Part shown: positions 1 through 8,719 of the stretch, piece by piece
Layout: each line of letters begins with the position of its first letter
How positions within the stretch are numbered: position 1 is the stretch's first letter
Origin: Candidatus Saccharimonadota bacterium
GTDB lineage: Bacteria > Patescibacteriota > Gracilibacteria > UBA4473
NCBI GenBank assembly: GCA_965228485.1
Contig: OZ245819.1
Span: forward strand, 600,001 to 632,000
Direction: 5' to 3'
Length of the DNA stretch: 32,000 nucleotides
Program-made: the position numbers and the translations under genes
Notes under the pieces: generated by a model
What the model was told of the DNA's origin: nothing
Database searches by the model: none
The model's input: the letters and a program-made list of their open reading frames with translations, nothing else

Positions 1-193
1 TGGTTTTTTTCTTATCAGGTGAGACTTCATAAGTTGGCATAAAAGTGCCTCCCTCAATATCAATATTCATATTTTTTTTGGGAAGATCTCGAACATGACC
101 AAAAGAAGATTTTACAATAAAATCTTTTCCCAAAAACTTTTCTATCGTTTTGGCTTTCGCTGGCGACTCCACAATCACTAAATTTTTCGACAT
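1..193 (-). CDS. topA: DNA topoisomerase I, N-terminal fragment (gene runs off the left edge)
   Basis: Reverse translation from the ATG (complement of 191-193) gives [40 protein letters not shown]... This is the Toprim N-terminus typical of bacterial type IA topoisomerase I (VESPAKA...GHxRDLP). Confidence 0.8.
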   Translation of the reverse strand, partial: MSKNLVIVESPAKAKTIEKFLGKDFIVKSSFGHVRDLPKKNMNIDIEGGTFMPTYEVSPDKKKT

Positions 194-308
194 ATACACA
201 AGCTAAGTGCTAAAAGTTATACTGGCAAACAATACGCTACCAAAAATTTTCTCACAGATGGTAAGGGAGTTTTTGATATCTGTCGAGTCTTAATTTTTGA
301 AGATAGTT

Positions 309-1190
309 CTAAGACCGTTTTTCTAAAGGCGCTGAAGCCAGCTTTGGAAGTTCTGATTCGTACTCAAGAATAGATTTTATTCTCGCTCGAGAAATAAGCG
401 CCTGAGTCAGAACCTCATCCTGAGGTTCCAGCTCTTCACTATTCCCTTCAAAAAATATTTTTTTAAAATCCTCTTTTAAACGTTGTGGATTATTTAATCC
501 TCTCCTAAAGATTTTTGGTAAAATTGCAGAATCAACTCCAGATTGGGTTAATGAGTCATTTAATACGCCTGTTTGAGTAAAAATAGATTGAAGGTTTTTA
601 GTCATTTTTTCTGCCTCATCTTCACGATCAAATCCTGTCGTAAAAAGAATCGCCTGAATAATATCTATAAGCTTAACAAAATTTTCTGTAATAAACTCTG
701 ATCCGCGACTTTTCTTATGGATTTCGTATTTTAAATACCGATCCGCCATCTCGGCATCCCACTGACGAAGAATCGCTCTTCCTGATAAAGACTCTAACTT
801 TCCTTTGGCTACCTGGCGTGCATGACTTTGCGCATTTTTTTCAAATAATGGAACGTCCCCACGACGAAGTTCCCCAATGTCATGCGTTGCACATAATTCA
901 TAAAATAATTCACGATCTACCACCCCTTCTAGTTCTGGCCAGATTTCATCTAAAAAATACTCCCCCAATTGAATCATCGCTACTACATGATGCGAATCAC
1001 TTTCCATAAGATAGTCACCTCCCAAATCCCCAAATCGATGAACTCCAGACATATACTGGAAAAACACCTCTTGATCTCGCCTTGAAATATTCAATCCTTC
1101 CGCAAAAAACTGCTGAGCCCTATCTGATAAAGATTGAAAGTAAACTGAGGAATCAAAATCTTCTCGTCCCTCTAAATCAGAAATGCCCAT
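309..1190 (-). CDS. HD-domain phosphohydrolase (YfbR-like 5'-nucleotidase family candidate)
   Basis: 293-aa ORF with an H...HD...D metal-binding pattern: SDSHHVVAMIQL ... CATHDIGELRRGDVPLFEKN. This resembles the HD_3/YfbR signature HDxxExxxGDxP. Confidence 0.55.
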   Translation of the reverse strand: MGISDLEGREDFDSSVYFQSLSDRAQQFFAEGLNISRRDQEVFFQYMSGVHRFGDLGGDYLMESDSHHVVAMIQLGEYFLDEIWPELEGVVDRELFYELCATHDIGELRRGDVPLFEKNAQSHARQVAKGKLESLSGRAILRQWDAEMADRYLKYEIHKKSRGSEFITENFVKLIDIIQAILFTTGFDREDEAEKMTKNLQSIFTQTGVLNDSLTQSGVDSAILPKIFRRGLNNPQRLKEDFKKIFFEGNSEELEPQDEVLTQALISRARIKSILEYESELPKLASAPLEKRS

Positions 1191-1342
1191 ACATTTTTAA
1201 TTTTAAATTAATAACTTTTTAAAATTAAAAATAAAAAAGTCAATTAAACCTTTTCTAAAATTTACAACAAAAAGTCCAAAAAGGATTTTAGATGAAAATC
1301 CTTTAGTGATATATACTGGGTTTAAATATAAACAAAAAACAA

Positions 1343-2620
1343 ATGTTCGTGCCTCGATATTGCCTTGGACTCGTAAGCTGCTTGCTGCTTACGGGATGTT
1401 TTCAGATTTCCGTAGAAGAAAAAATTAACAAAGATGGAACTTCTATTATCACCATAAATACTGATGTAAGTGCCATGCTTAATATGGCAGAAGGCATTGC
1501 TGGAGGATTTAGTTATAAAAGCTGTAGTGATCCGAAGCTTCTTGAAAAATATCAGGTCGAATCTCTCAATTCTCCTGCTAAAATCATTGAAACCAAAGTT
1601 ATCACTAAAGAAATAAATTGTGAAGTTGCCGCAGACGGACAAGTTAAAATTACAACTACCCAAACCACCACTTCTGACAAACCCAATAATACTAATGATA
1701 ATCCTTTTGCCTCTCTAGCTAATTTAGGAGGAGGACTCACGGTAACCCAAAGCGCAGAAAGCTGTAGTGATAAATATCTTTTAGAACAATATGATACCGA
1801 TCAATTTCCTGTTACGAGTATTCAGGAAAAAACTAACATCACAGAAATATCTTGCGAAGAGACTGACGAGAACGTTTCCATAAAATCAACTACCGTTGAC
1901 CCGGAAACTGGAAAATCTCAAGGAAGTTTTTCACAAAGTTTTAGTAAACCCAAAGAACCAACCGTAACCGAAGGACAAGACCAGTGTCAAGAAAATAAAG
2001 GGGATATGAATTTATCCGCATTAGAGGTTATTTCTTGTGAATCTCCAGAACCAGGGGTAGCGATCATGACACTCAAAAGAGAAAATACTGAAATTATGGA
2101 AAAAGTTGGGAACGATGTTGTTTATGATCTCCAATATTCCATCAATCCTGTAGATGATAAAGTTGAGAGTTCTAATAATAGTGGGACCGATATTACCCAA
2201 ATGGGAGACCCCGAAGCTTTTGGAATGAAATTTACTTACAAACTAGTGTCTCCTTGGGAAATCACCGAACACACCGCAGGAGAAAAAATCGACGATAATA
2301 CTCTAGAAATCAACTTACTGAAACATCCAAAAGACCAACCCATGAAAGTCACCTTTAAAGACGCAGCAAAAGATATTAAACCGTATAAAGGGCTGCCAAT
2401 AAAATGGAAAATGAGAGTTATCGACTATCTAAAAGAAGTAGATAAAAAATTGAAACAGAGTGAAACCTCGGCAGAGAAGAAGACTAAATATTTAACACTG
2501 CTATCTGAAAAATTTAAAAAATGGTCTGGGGAAAACAAGAGTAAAAATATGATTACAGACTTCGCTATTAAAAAGATTAATTTTTTGGAAGAAAAGCATG
2601 GTACTGTAGACGAAAATTAA
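1343..2620 (+). CDS. Lipoprotein of unknown function with internal Cys-containing repeats
   Basis: The N-terminus MFVPRYCLGLVSCLLLTGC has a lipobox (LLTG|C). Three related modules are present (SCSDPKLLEKYQ...EINCE, SCSDKYLLEQYD...EISCE, QCQENKG...VISCE). The sequence is Thr/Ser/Asn-rich. Confidence 0.7.
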   Translation: MFVPRYCLGLVSCLLLTGCFQISVEEKINKDGTSIITINTDVSAMLNMAEGIAGGFSYKSCSDPKLLEKYQVESLNSPAKIIETKVITKEINCEVAADGQVKITTTQTTTSDKPNNTNDNPFASLANLGGGLTVTQSAESCSDKYLLEQYDTDQFPVTSIQEKTNITEISCEETDENVSIKSTTVDPETGKSQGSFSQSFSKPKEPTVTEGQDQCQENKGDMNLSALEVISCESPEPGVAIMTLKRENTEIMEKVGNDVVYDLQYSINPVDDKVESSNNSGTDITQMGDPEAFGMKFTYKLVSPWEITEHTAGEKIDDNTLEINLLKHPKDQPMKVTFKDAAKDIKPYKGLPIKWKMRVIDYLKEVDKKLKQSETSAEKKTKYLTLLSEKFKKWSGENKSKNMITDFAIKKINFLEEKHGTVDEN

Positions 2621-2676
2621 TTTTATTTTAATTATCAATTATGTTAAAATGATCTGAAAACTAAAATTCAAAATAA

Positions 2677-4350
2677 ATGAAACTCAAACAAAACACCATT
2701 TCGTTCGCCTTACTATTAATGTTTCCCCCCATTGCCCTGGCTCAAGAAGCTGCAGATTATGTCCCAGAAGATGAGGGAGGAAACACTATTGTTCAAAATC
2801 AGATTATTACTGGAAATAACTCCCAAAGTCCTGAAATGATTATGCATCAAGGAGGATTAAGACTTTATTATCACGATGACAGTGGAATAAAAATGGCCAA
2901 CTGTTCAGGAGATAATAACTGTAGTGGAGTTCAGACCGTTATTAATAAAGGTAGTTTTGCATTTTTAGGAGACCCAACAGTTATTTTACAAGGAAATTCT
3001 TATCTTATGTTCATGACGGGAGTGGCCTCTGGAGATGACCCAGCTACAGATAATAATCGAAAGCTCTATTATAGTACTTCCAATTCTAATAGTGGTACTA
3101 CCTGGTCAACGCCTCAGCTACTGGCGAACACTCATGAAAAGCCTTCTGTAACTTCTGCAAATGGAACTTTATATCTTTATGCTTCTAAAAATAGTGATAC
3201 GAGTAAAGTAGACCGACTTACCCTTTCTTCTAACGGCAGCAGCGTTACTAACACAAGCGCTGTAAGTATTGATAATGCAAATTTATACGGATATTATTCC
3301 AATGTTCATGTAAGATTTAATACTTCATCAAATAAGTTCCAAATTCTCTCTGACCGAATCACCTCTAGTGGAGAGTCAGTTATTGATTACTTTGAAAGTG
3401 ATAATGGAACCGCCTGGAATATTATTTTAGAAAGAGCCATCGAACGACAGGAAAATTTTAAGGTAACAACTCCAACCACTCATCCGAACAACTTTGAATT
3501 AACTTATTTTGCCGCTAGTGCTACTGGAAACACCAATTTTAATATTTTAAATCAAGCATGGGAAGTCCCTGTTGACATAGACAACGGGGAAAATGCCGAT
3601 GCAGGAAGCTTTTCTGAAGGGAATGAGGATACAACTGTTACCGATCCAAATGCTCCAACGTATGAATATTCTGGTTCAACTGGCCCTAGTGGTTCAGACT
3701 CATCTTCTGGATCATCTGATACAGGGACAAACTTTCCAACAGACGGAGGTGTATCAAGTTGCCCATCAACCGCTACCGCTGTGAAATGTGGAGAAGATCA
3801 AAGAATTGATTTTACGGTACGAAGAGATGAAAATGGATGTTTCCTCCCTCCTCAATGTGTGGACAAAGAGGAATCATCTTCTAGCAACCCTTTTTCGGCC
3901 CTTATGGGTGGCCCTGGATTATTTTCTCTCTTTCAAGAGAAAAGTACCAATGAAGATCATGCCGATAGTGATTCAGGTAAAACTACCGAGAAAGCCGCAG
4001 CCGAAACAGAAAGAAAAACTTATTCGACCTTTAATCGAAGGTCTCTACTCTCCAATAGAGATAGGAGTACCGCTACCCGAACACAAAGTCTTCGATCAAG
4101 AATTCAAAGCTTAAAATTCGGACTTTCTTCTCAAAAATCATCAAAAAGCAGTGAAGACGAAGAAAGAAGCGAAGCAACAGCCCCAAAGGCAAATAGCACC
4201 GCTAATCGGTTAAAGGCTATGAAAACGGGACGAACCAGTGAGCGTTACAATTTCTTTACTCGACGTTCTGGCACAGGAAATCCAAAAAGTCCTACAAACC
4301 GAAGTCGAAGAAGTTCACACTACGGAGGATATAAAGTATATGAAAACTAA
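2677..4350 (+). CDS. Secreted protein with degenerate BNR/Asp-box motifs and a Ser/Arg-rich basic tail
   Basis: Signal peptide MKLKQNTISFALLLMFPPIALA|QEA. Two Asp-box-like motifs (NSNSGTTW, ESDNGTAW) suggest a beta-propeller. A 4-Cys module follows (CPSTATAVKCGEDQ...GCFLPPQC). The last ~110 aa are rich in R/S/K/T. Confidence 0.6.
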   Translation: MKLKQNTISFALLLMFPPIALAQEAADYVPEDEGGNTIVQNQIITGNNSQSPEMIMHQGGLRLYYHDDSGIKMANCSGDNNCSGVQTVINKGSFAFLGDPTVILQGNSYLMFMTGVASGDDPATDNNRKLYYSTSNSNSGTTWSTPQLLANTHEKPSVTSANGTLYLYASKNSDTSKVDRLTLSSNGSSVTNTSAVSIDNANLYGYYSNVHVRFNTSSNKFQILSDRITSSGESVIDYFESDNGTAWNIILERAIERQENFKVTTPTTHPNNFELTYFAASATGNTNFNILNQAWEVPVDIDNGENADAGSFSEGNEDTTVTDPNAPTYEYSGSTGPSGSDSSSGSSDTGTNFPTDGGVSSCPSTATAVKCGEDQRIDFTVRRDENGCFLPPQCVDKEESSSSNPFSALMGGPGLFSLFQEKSTNEDHADSDSGKTTEKAAAETERKTYSTFNRRSLLSNRDRSTATRTQSLRSRIQSLKFGLSSQKSSKSSEDEERSEATAPKANSTANRLKAMKTGRTSERYNFFTRRSGTGNPKSPTNRSRRSSHYGGYKVYEN

Positions 4351-5135
4351 AACTCTAGCATAACTGGACAATGGTCACTTCCCATTTGCTCAGTTAAATA
4401 CTCTATATTTTCAATATTGGAAAAGAATTGATTATCAACAAAAAAATAGTCAATTCTCCATCCTACATTACGGCTTCTAGCACGGCTAATCAGATGCCAC
4501 CAAGAATAAGTATCTCTTTTTTCTGGAAAAGTTTTCCTCCATACATCAATCCACTCCTCTTTAACCCAACGATCGAGCCAAGCTCTTTCGTCTGGATGAA
4601 AACCAATAACCCCATCATTATCCTTTGGACGTGCTAAATCTATCTCATTATGAGCACAATTCACATCTCCAGCCCAAATACATTCTATCCCCTCTGAACG
4701 TATTTTATTTACATAGTCCAAAAATTTTTCATAAAAAACGAGTTTCGAATCCCATGCCTCAAGAGATTTCCCCCCATTAGGAAAATAAATTCCCAAAATG
4801 GCAAAACGTTTTGAGCCGTAAGTAAAATCTATTCTGCCGATACGCCCTTCATCATTGACAGGATCTTCTGGCATACCAGAAGTAAATCGAACTTGCTTTA
4901 ATGGCAGTTCTTTTTTGAACCAGATAGAAATCCCAGAATAACCAGCCTTTTCTGCAGAATGATAAAACTTCTCATACTCTGGATACACATTATCGAGGAA
5001 TTCAACCTGCTCAGGTTTTGACTTGGTCTCCTGCATCAAAAATATATCCGGCGAGTAATCATCTAAAAATTGCCCTAGGGCTTCTTTTCTTTCTACCGCT
5101 CTCAAACCATTTACATTCCAAGAAATTATTCTCAT
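4347..5135 (-). CDS. xth: Exodeoxyribonuclease III
   Basis: MRIISWNVNGLRA..., QETK, GDVNCAHNEIDL and SDHCPVMLEF are canonical ExoIII/AP-endonuclease motifs. The TAG stop overlaps the TAA of the convergent gene by 4 nt. Confidence 0.9.
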   Translation of the reverse strand: MRIISWNVNGLRAVERKEALGQFLDDYSPDIFLMQETKSKPEQVEFLDNVYPEYEKFYHSAEKAGYSGISIWFKKELPLKQVRFTSGMPEDPVNDEGRIGRIDFTYGSKRFAILGIYFPNGGKSLEAWDSKLVFYEKFLDYVNKIRSEGIECIWAGDVNCAHNEIDLARPKDNDGVIGFHPDERAWLDRWVKEEWIDVWRKTFPEKRDTYSWWHLISRARSRNVGWRIDYFFVDNQFFSNIENIEYLTEQMGSDHCPVMLEF

Positions 5136-5590
5136 GAAGTTAACCGTTTAGGTGAAAAGGGAGAACAACAAATAGAAACCCGTGAAGAAAACACATTCAC
5201 CAAATGTAGTGGATGCTGAGTCTTAATGCGCTTTAAGTGGTTAAAATCTCTTTTGTGATACGGTCGCCCATGTCGAAAAAAACACCAAAGCATGTAACCT
5301 AAGACATCTCCGAAAAGGTGAAATACTCCCAAGAAATAATGACGATCTAAGTTTCCAAAGTCACAGTGTAATTCAACAAATTCATCAAATTTAACCGCAT
5401 GAAAGTGAAAAAAACGTTGAGCACTTCTCCAACTTTTTCTTTTCATATGAAAAACTGTTTTTGTTGGATAAAAAAGATGCTGAATCTTTTCAAAGTCTCG
5501 CTCATGAATAATCACGTGAGTCTTCCACTTAAAGTAAGAATCAATTTTATGTGCTTCTAAAAATCTCCATAAATCCCGAAAACTCATCAA
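5132..5590 (-). CDS. Hypothetical His-rich basic protein
   Basis: 152-aa ORF whose TGA stop overlaps the xth start in an ATGA junction, suggesting translational coupling. No domain recognised. Confidence 0.45.
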   Translation of the reverse strand: MMSFRDLWRFLEAHKIDSYFKWKTHVIIHERDFEKIQHLFYPTKTVFHMKRKSWRSAQRFFHFHAVKFDEFVELHCDFGNLDRHYFLGVFHLFGDVLGYMLWCFFRHGRPYHKRDFNHLKRIKTQHPLHLVNVFSSRVSICCSPFSPKRLTS

Positions 5591-5641
5591 CCTTCATTTT
5601 AAAGAGCCAGTTCCAAATCCAAAACTTTTTATAAAGTTTTA

Positions 5642-6235
5642 TTAGCCAATATGTTTTCTGAGAGTTTCGATAAGCTCTGGAAAATCTGGCTGCAAGAAAT
5701 GATTACGATCCGTAAAAACCCTTAATACTGCTTTAGGAATAATTTGGTGATATTTTTCCACATCTGAAAAATCAACCACAAAATCATCTCTTGAGTGATA
5801 AAGATAAATATTCTCAATTGACTGCAATCGATCAAAATCTTTCCCGAGTTCAAATCCTCCTGGACAGCCATAACACCCCGCAACAAGGTGTAAGGAGTTT
5901 ATAGTCACAGGAAAATCATTTTCACTAAGGTATTTAACCAAAAAATTAGCGCCCAAACTCCAACCAACTAAATCTACTCTCTGATCAAAAAGATTAAATT
6001 GCTCTTCAAAGTGTTTTTTCCAAGTAAGGTACTTAGCATTGTACTTTCCTGGCATTTTCAAGCTCAGCACCTCAAACTCGTCTAAATTATTGGCAAGAGC
6101 CTCTGGCCATTTTGCTGGTTTTACCTGCCAAAATTTCAGTCGCTTCCAAAATAAATTCTGCCAACAAGAAATCACCCCTTTCTCCCAAGAATCAAAAGCC
6201 TCTCCTCCGTGTATATAAATTAACTGTTTTTTCAT
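5642..6235 (-). CDS. Alpha/beta-fold serine hydrolase (YdeN/RBBP9-like)
   Basis: 197 aa with the nucleophile elbow VGWSLG, then an Asp (HSRDDFVVDF) and a His (DRNHF) in the order expected for a Ser-Asp-His triad. It starts 2 nt after the upstream gene's stop. Confidence 0.65.
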   Translation of the reverse strand: MKKQLIYIHGGEAFDSWEKGVISCWQNLFWKRLKFWQVKPAKWPEALANNLDEFEVLSLKMPGKYNAKYLTWKKHFEEQFNLFDQRVDLVGWSLGANFLVKYLSENDFPVTINSLHLVAGCYGCPGGFELGKDFDRLQSIENIYLYHSRDDFVVDFSDVEKYHQIIPKAVLRVFTDRNHFLQPDFPELIETLRKHIG

Positions 6236-6237
6236 CC

Positions 6238-7317
6238 TTATCGACTACGAAGCTCTGTCACATAATGTGCTAAAATCTCACAGAAATCGGCTACAGCTTG
6301 ATCAGTTAAAAACTTATGCAGACTGATACGAATTGGATACTGCCAATCAGAATCTGATTCAATATATTTTATGTATTCGGTTGGAACCATTATATCGGAG
6401 GTACAAGCCGATCCGATAGAAACACATATCGACTCTTCTCGAGACAAAACGGTCATTAGCTCTCCGCCTCTGACACCTTTAAATGCCACGTTAATCATTC
6501 CTTCAACCGTTGGAACGCTCTCATCATGGAACTTAGAATCTCCAATATTTTGTTTAATAAAATTTTTTATCACTTCTTCCCACTTAGAAAACTGAGAAGT
6601 ATACACGGCTTTATCTTCTTCCCATATTTCAAAAGCCATGGCAGCCCCAGATACCAAATAGGGACTTTTGGTATGACTATCCTTTGAAATAACTGCAAAA
6701 TTTTCTGGGTTTTTTAGATACAGCACACCAATATGCTTTGGTCCATAGAATTTTTGAGGAGTAAAGACCGCTGCATCTACCAAAGAGAGGTTTGGCTTAA
6801 TTCCTTTAGCGAAAGATTGTGAACAGTCAGACAATATTAGGACGTTTGGAAAACGGTCTCTGAGTTTTTTAACATCATAGATTCTTCCCGTTTCAGAGTT
6901 TGCCTCCATAAGACAAACCAGTTTTGCGTTATGAGAAACCTCAGTAAAAGATACAGGGTCAAATTGATTCTCAAGCAAAACTTCATCTGCAATAGAGGAA
7001 TGCTCAGCTTTTGATGCCCAAGTAAATTCCCCCCATTTACTGTCTGGATTCTCCAATAAAAAACGTCGATTGCATTCCTGGATAAAACGCCGATTAGCAT
7101 CTGTTCCTGAATAAACGATACTTAGCTGCTCCCAATTACAGCCAAGGACTTTAGCCATTTTTTTTAGTCCTTGATCAATAATCTGTTGAGACTCAAATCC
7201 CGCTACATGTTTTGAATTATTATTCCCAGGAATATCTAAGGTTTCCAGTATAGCTTGTTTAACTTTTGGATCTAAAGGTGTAGAGGCGGCTGAGTCAAAG
7301 TAGGTTTGCAAGTTCAT
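6238..7317 (-). CDS. Class V aminotransferase / cysteine desulfurase-like (NifS/IscS family)
   Basis: YFDSAASTPLDPKV N-terminus, NSETG, DCSQ, the PLP-lysine context PQKFYGPKHIGVLY, and an active-site loop SIGSACTS (compare SSGSACTS of IscS/NifS). Confidence 0.75.
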   Translation of the reverse strand: MNLQTYFDSAASTPLDPKVKQAILETLDIPGNNNSKHVAGFESQQIIDQGLKKMAKVLGCNWEQLSIVYSGTDANRRFIQECNRRFLLENPDSKWGEFTWASKAEHSSIADEVLLENQFDPVSFTEVSHNAKLVCLMEANSETGRIYDVKKLRDRFPNVLILSDCSQSFAKGIKPNLSLVDAAVFTPQKFYGPKHIGVLYLKNPENFAVISKDSHTKSPYLVSGAAMAFEIWEEDKAVYTSQFSKWEEVIKNFIKQNIGDSKFHDESVPTVEGMINVAFKGVRGGELMTVLSREESICVSIGSACTSDIMVPTEYIKYIESDSDWQYPIRISLHKFLTDQAVADFCEILAHYVTELRSR

Positions 7318-7480
7318 AGTAAATATCAGAGATAAGGTAGTAAAAAATTAAAAATTAAAAAACCCTATTTCCAAGAAAACTTCACTTTTCAGTAACAAAT
7401 TGATCAAGAATACATTAAATCTTCCTGATGCATTAAAGACTTTTCATTGGTAGAATTGAAAATCATACAAAAAAACACAA

Positions 7481-8026
7481 ATGAAAATACAACAGAAATC
7501 ATTTACACAACTATCTACAGAATATGAATGGAAAACAATAGTAGATAAAAAGGGATTTAAAGCCGAAGATTCTCAATTGGTTTTTGCGTTTGGCTATGGT
7601 GAATTTTTAGCATCGGAAAAAACATTTCTCAAATAAAAGATTTTTACCCCAAAGTTAGCTGTTCAACAGCGCGAGAAATTCTTAGTACAGAAGTTTATGA
7701 AAAAAGCATTCTTACGACGGACATAAATTCTTCAAAAACACAGATAGAAGTACTTCACAGTACTAAGAAATTATTAATATAACACTCAAAGAAAAAAACA
7801 GGAAGTTTTATGCGAGATAACCGATAACGGTTTTGGAATTCCCAAATCTCAACAAAATAAATTTTTCACAAAATTTTTTAGAGCTGAAAATGTTGTTAAA
7901 AGTTCTATTGATGGTTCTGGATTAGGCCCCTACATGGTCAAATCTATCATAGAAGCCTCTGGTAGACATGTTGGATTTAAATCTAAAGAAGGTGTTGGGA
8001 TCACCTTTTATTTCACACTTCCTTAA
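7481..8026 (+). pseudogene. Decayed FIST-domain sensor histidine kinase remnant
   Basis: Three short reading-frame fragments. (1) 7481-7636: MKIQQKSFTQLSTEYEWKTIVDKKGFKAEDSQLVFAFGYGEFLASEKTFLK*. (2) A shifted frame: IKDFYPKVSCSTAREILSTEVYEKSI..., continuing a FIST_N-like pattern. (3) 7784-8026: EVLCEITDNGFGIPKSQQNKFFTKFFRAEN...DGSGLGPYMVKSIIEASGRHVGFKSKEGVGITFYFTLP*, which is the G1/G2 end of an HATPase_c domain. No H-box or N-box lies between them. Confidence 0.6.
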
Positions 8027-8067
8027 CTCCTAGAAAAATAGGTGACACTACAGATGAAGACTCATGA

Positions 8068-8697
8068 TTATTTTGTCTTCCTGGCCAAAATGGTGTAATT
8101 CCTTTCTTCAAATTTTTTTGCCTCTAAAACTTCAAAACCAGCACTTTTTAGAAGTCTTTCCAGCTCATACTCTGGAACATTTCGATAAGTCCGCAAATGA
8201 CGTTCTTTCCCAAAGGGAATAATCCAATTTTTAGTAAATGTCCGACCTCTCCAGAAGTTTGACCAAAAATATTTTTCTGGCAGCACCCAAGTAGTTATAA
8301 AAACATGTCCCCCTGGTTTTAAGACTCTCAAAATTTCATTTAAACATCTTTTTTGGGAAGACTTGTCTAATAAATGATGAAAAGCTGCAATTGATATAAT
8401 CCAATCAAAATTATCTGACCCAAAAGGCAGTCCTACTCCAAAATTACCTTTAAAAAAAGCATCTTTAGGAAAAATCTTGCGAGCAATATCAAGTAATCCC
8501 TGAGATAAATCTAAACCAAAGTAATCCCCTTCTCGAATTAAAGTATTAGGTAAAAACTTACGTAGCCTACCATTGCCACACCCCAAATCCAAGACTCTCT
8601 CTCCCTTCTTTATAAGAGGGAAAAACATCTCAAACTCTGGCCAGCTTCTGTCCCGAGTATCAGAAAACTCTTTAGCGAAAGCATCATATTCTGACAT
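8068..8697 (-). CDS. Class I SAM-dependent methyltransferase (Trm9-like architecture)
   Basis: YDAFAKEFSDTRDRSWPEF followed by motif I VLDLGCGNGR and the post-I/II motifs (LKPGGHVFITTW). Confidence 0.75.
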   Translation of the reverse strand: MSEYDAFAKEFSDTRDRSWPEFEMFFPLIKKGERVLDLGCGNGRLRKFLPNTLIREGDYFGLDLSQGLLDIARKIFPKDAFFKGNFGVGLPFGSDNFDWIISIAAFHHLLDKSSQKRCLNEILRVLKPGGHVFITTWVLPEKYFWSNFWRGRTFTKNWIIPFGKERHLRTYRNVPEYELERLLKSAGFEVLEAKKFEERNYTILARKTK

Positions 8698-8719
8698 ATC
8701 TACACTATATATGGAAGTC

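Noticed and set aside
1195-1231. Inverted repeat TTTTAATTTTA ... TAAAATTAAAA just downstream of the HD gene start region
   Set aside because: It consists only of A and T in an AT-rich spacer, so the chance expectation is high. I do not consider it evidence of a regulatory site.
818-4637. Short track ORFs nested in or antisense to larger genes (818-1009, 1322-1663, 1552-1740, 3593-3784, 3788-4114, 4428-4637)
   Set aside because: Each lies entirely inside a longer ORF that has motif support or a clear signal peptide. These are typical shadow ORFs of AT-rich sequence.
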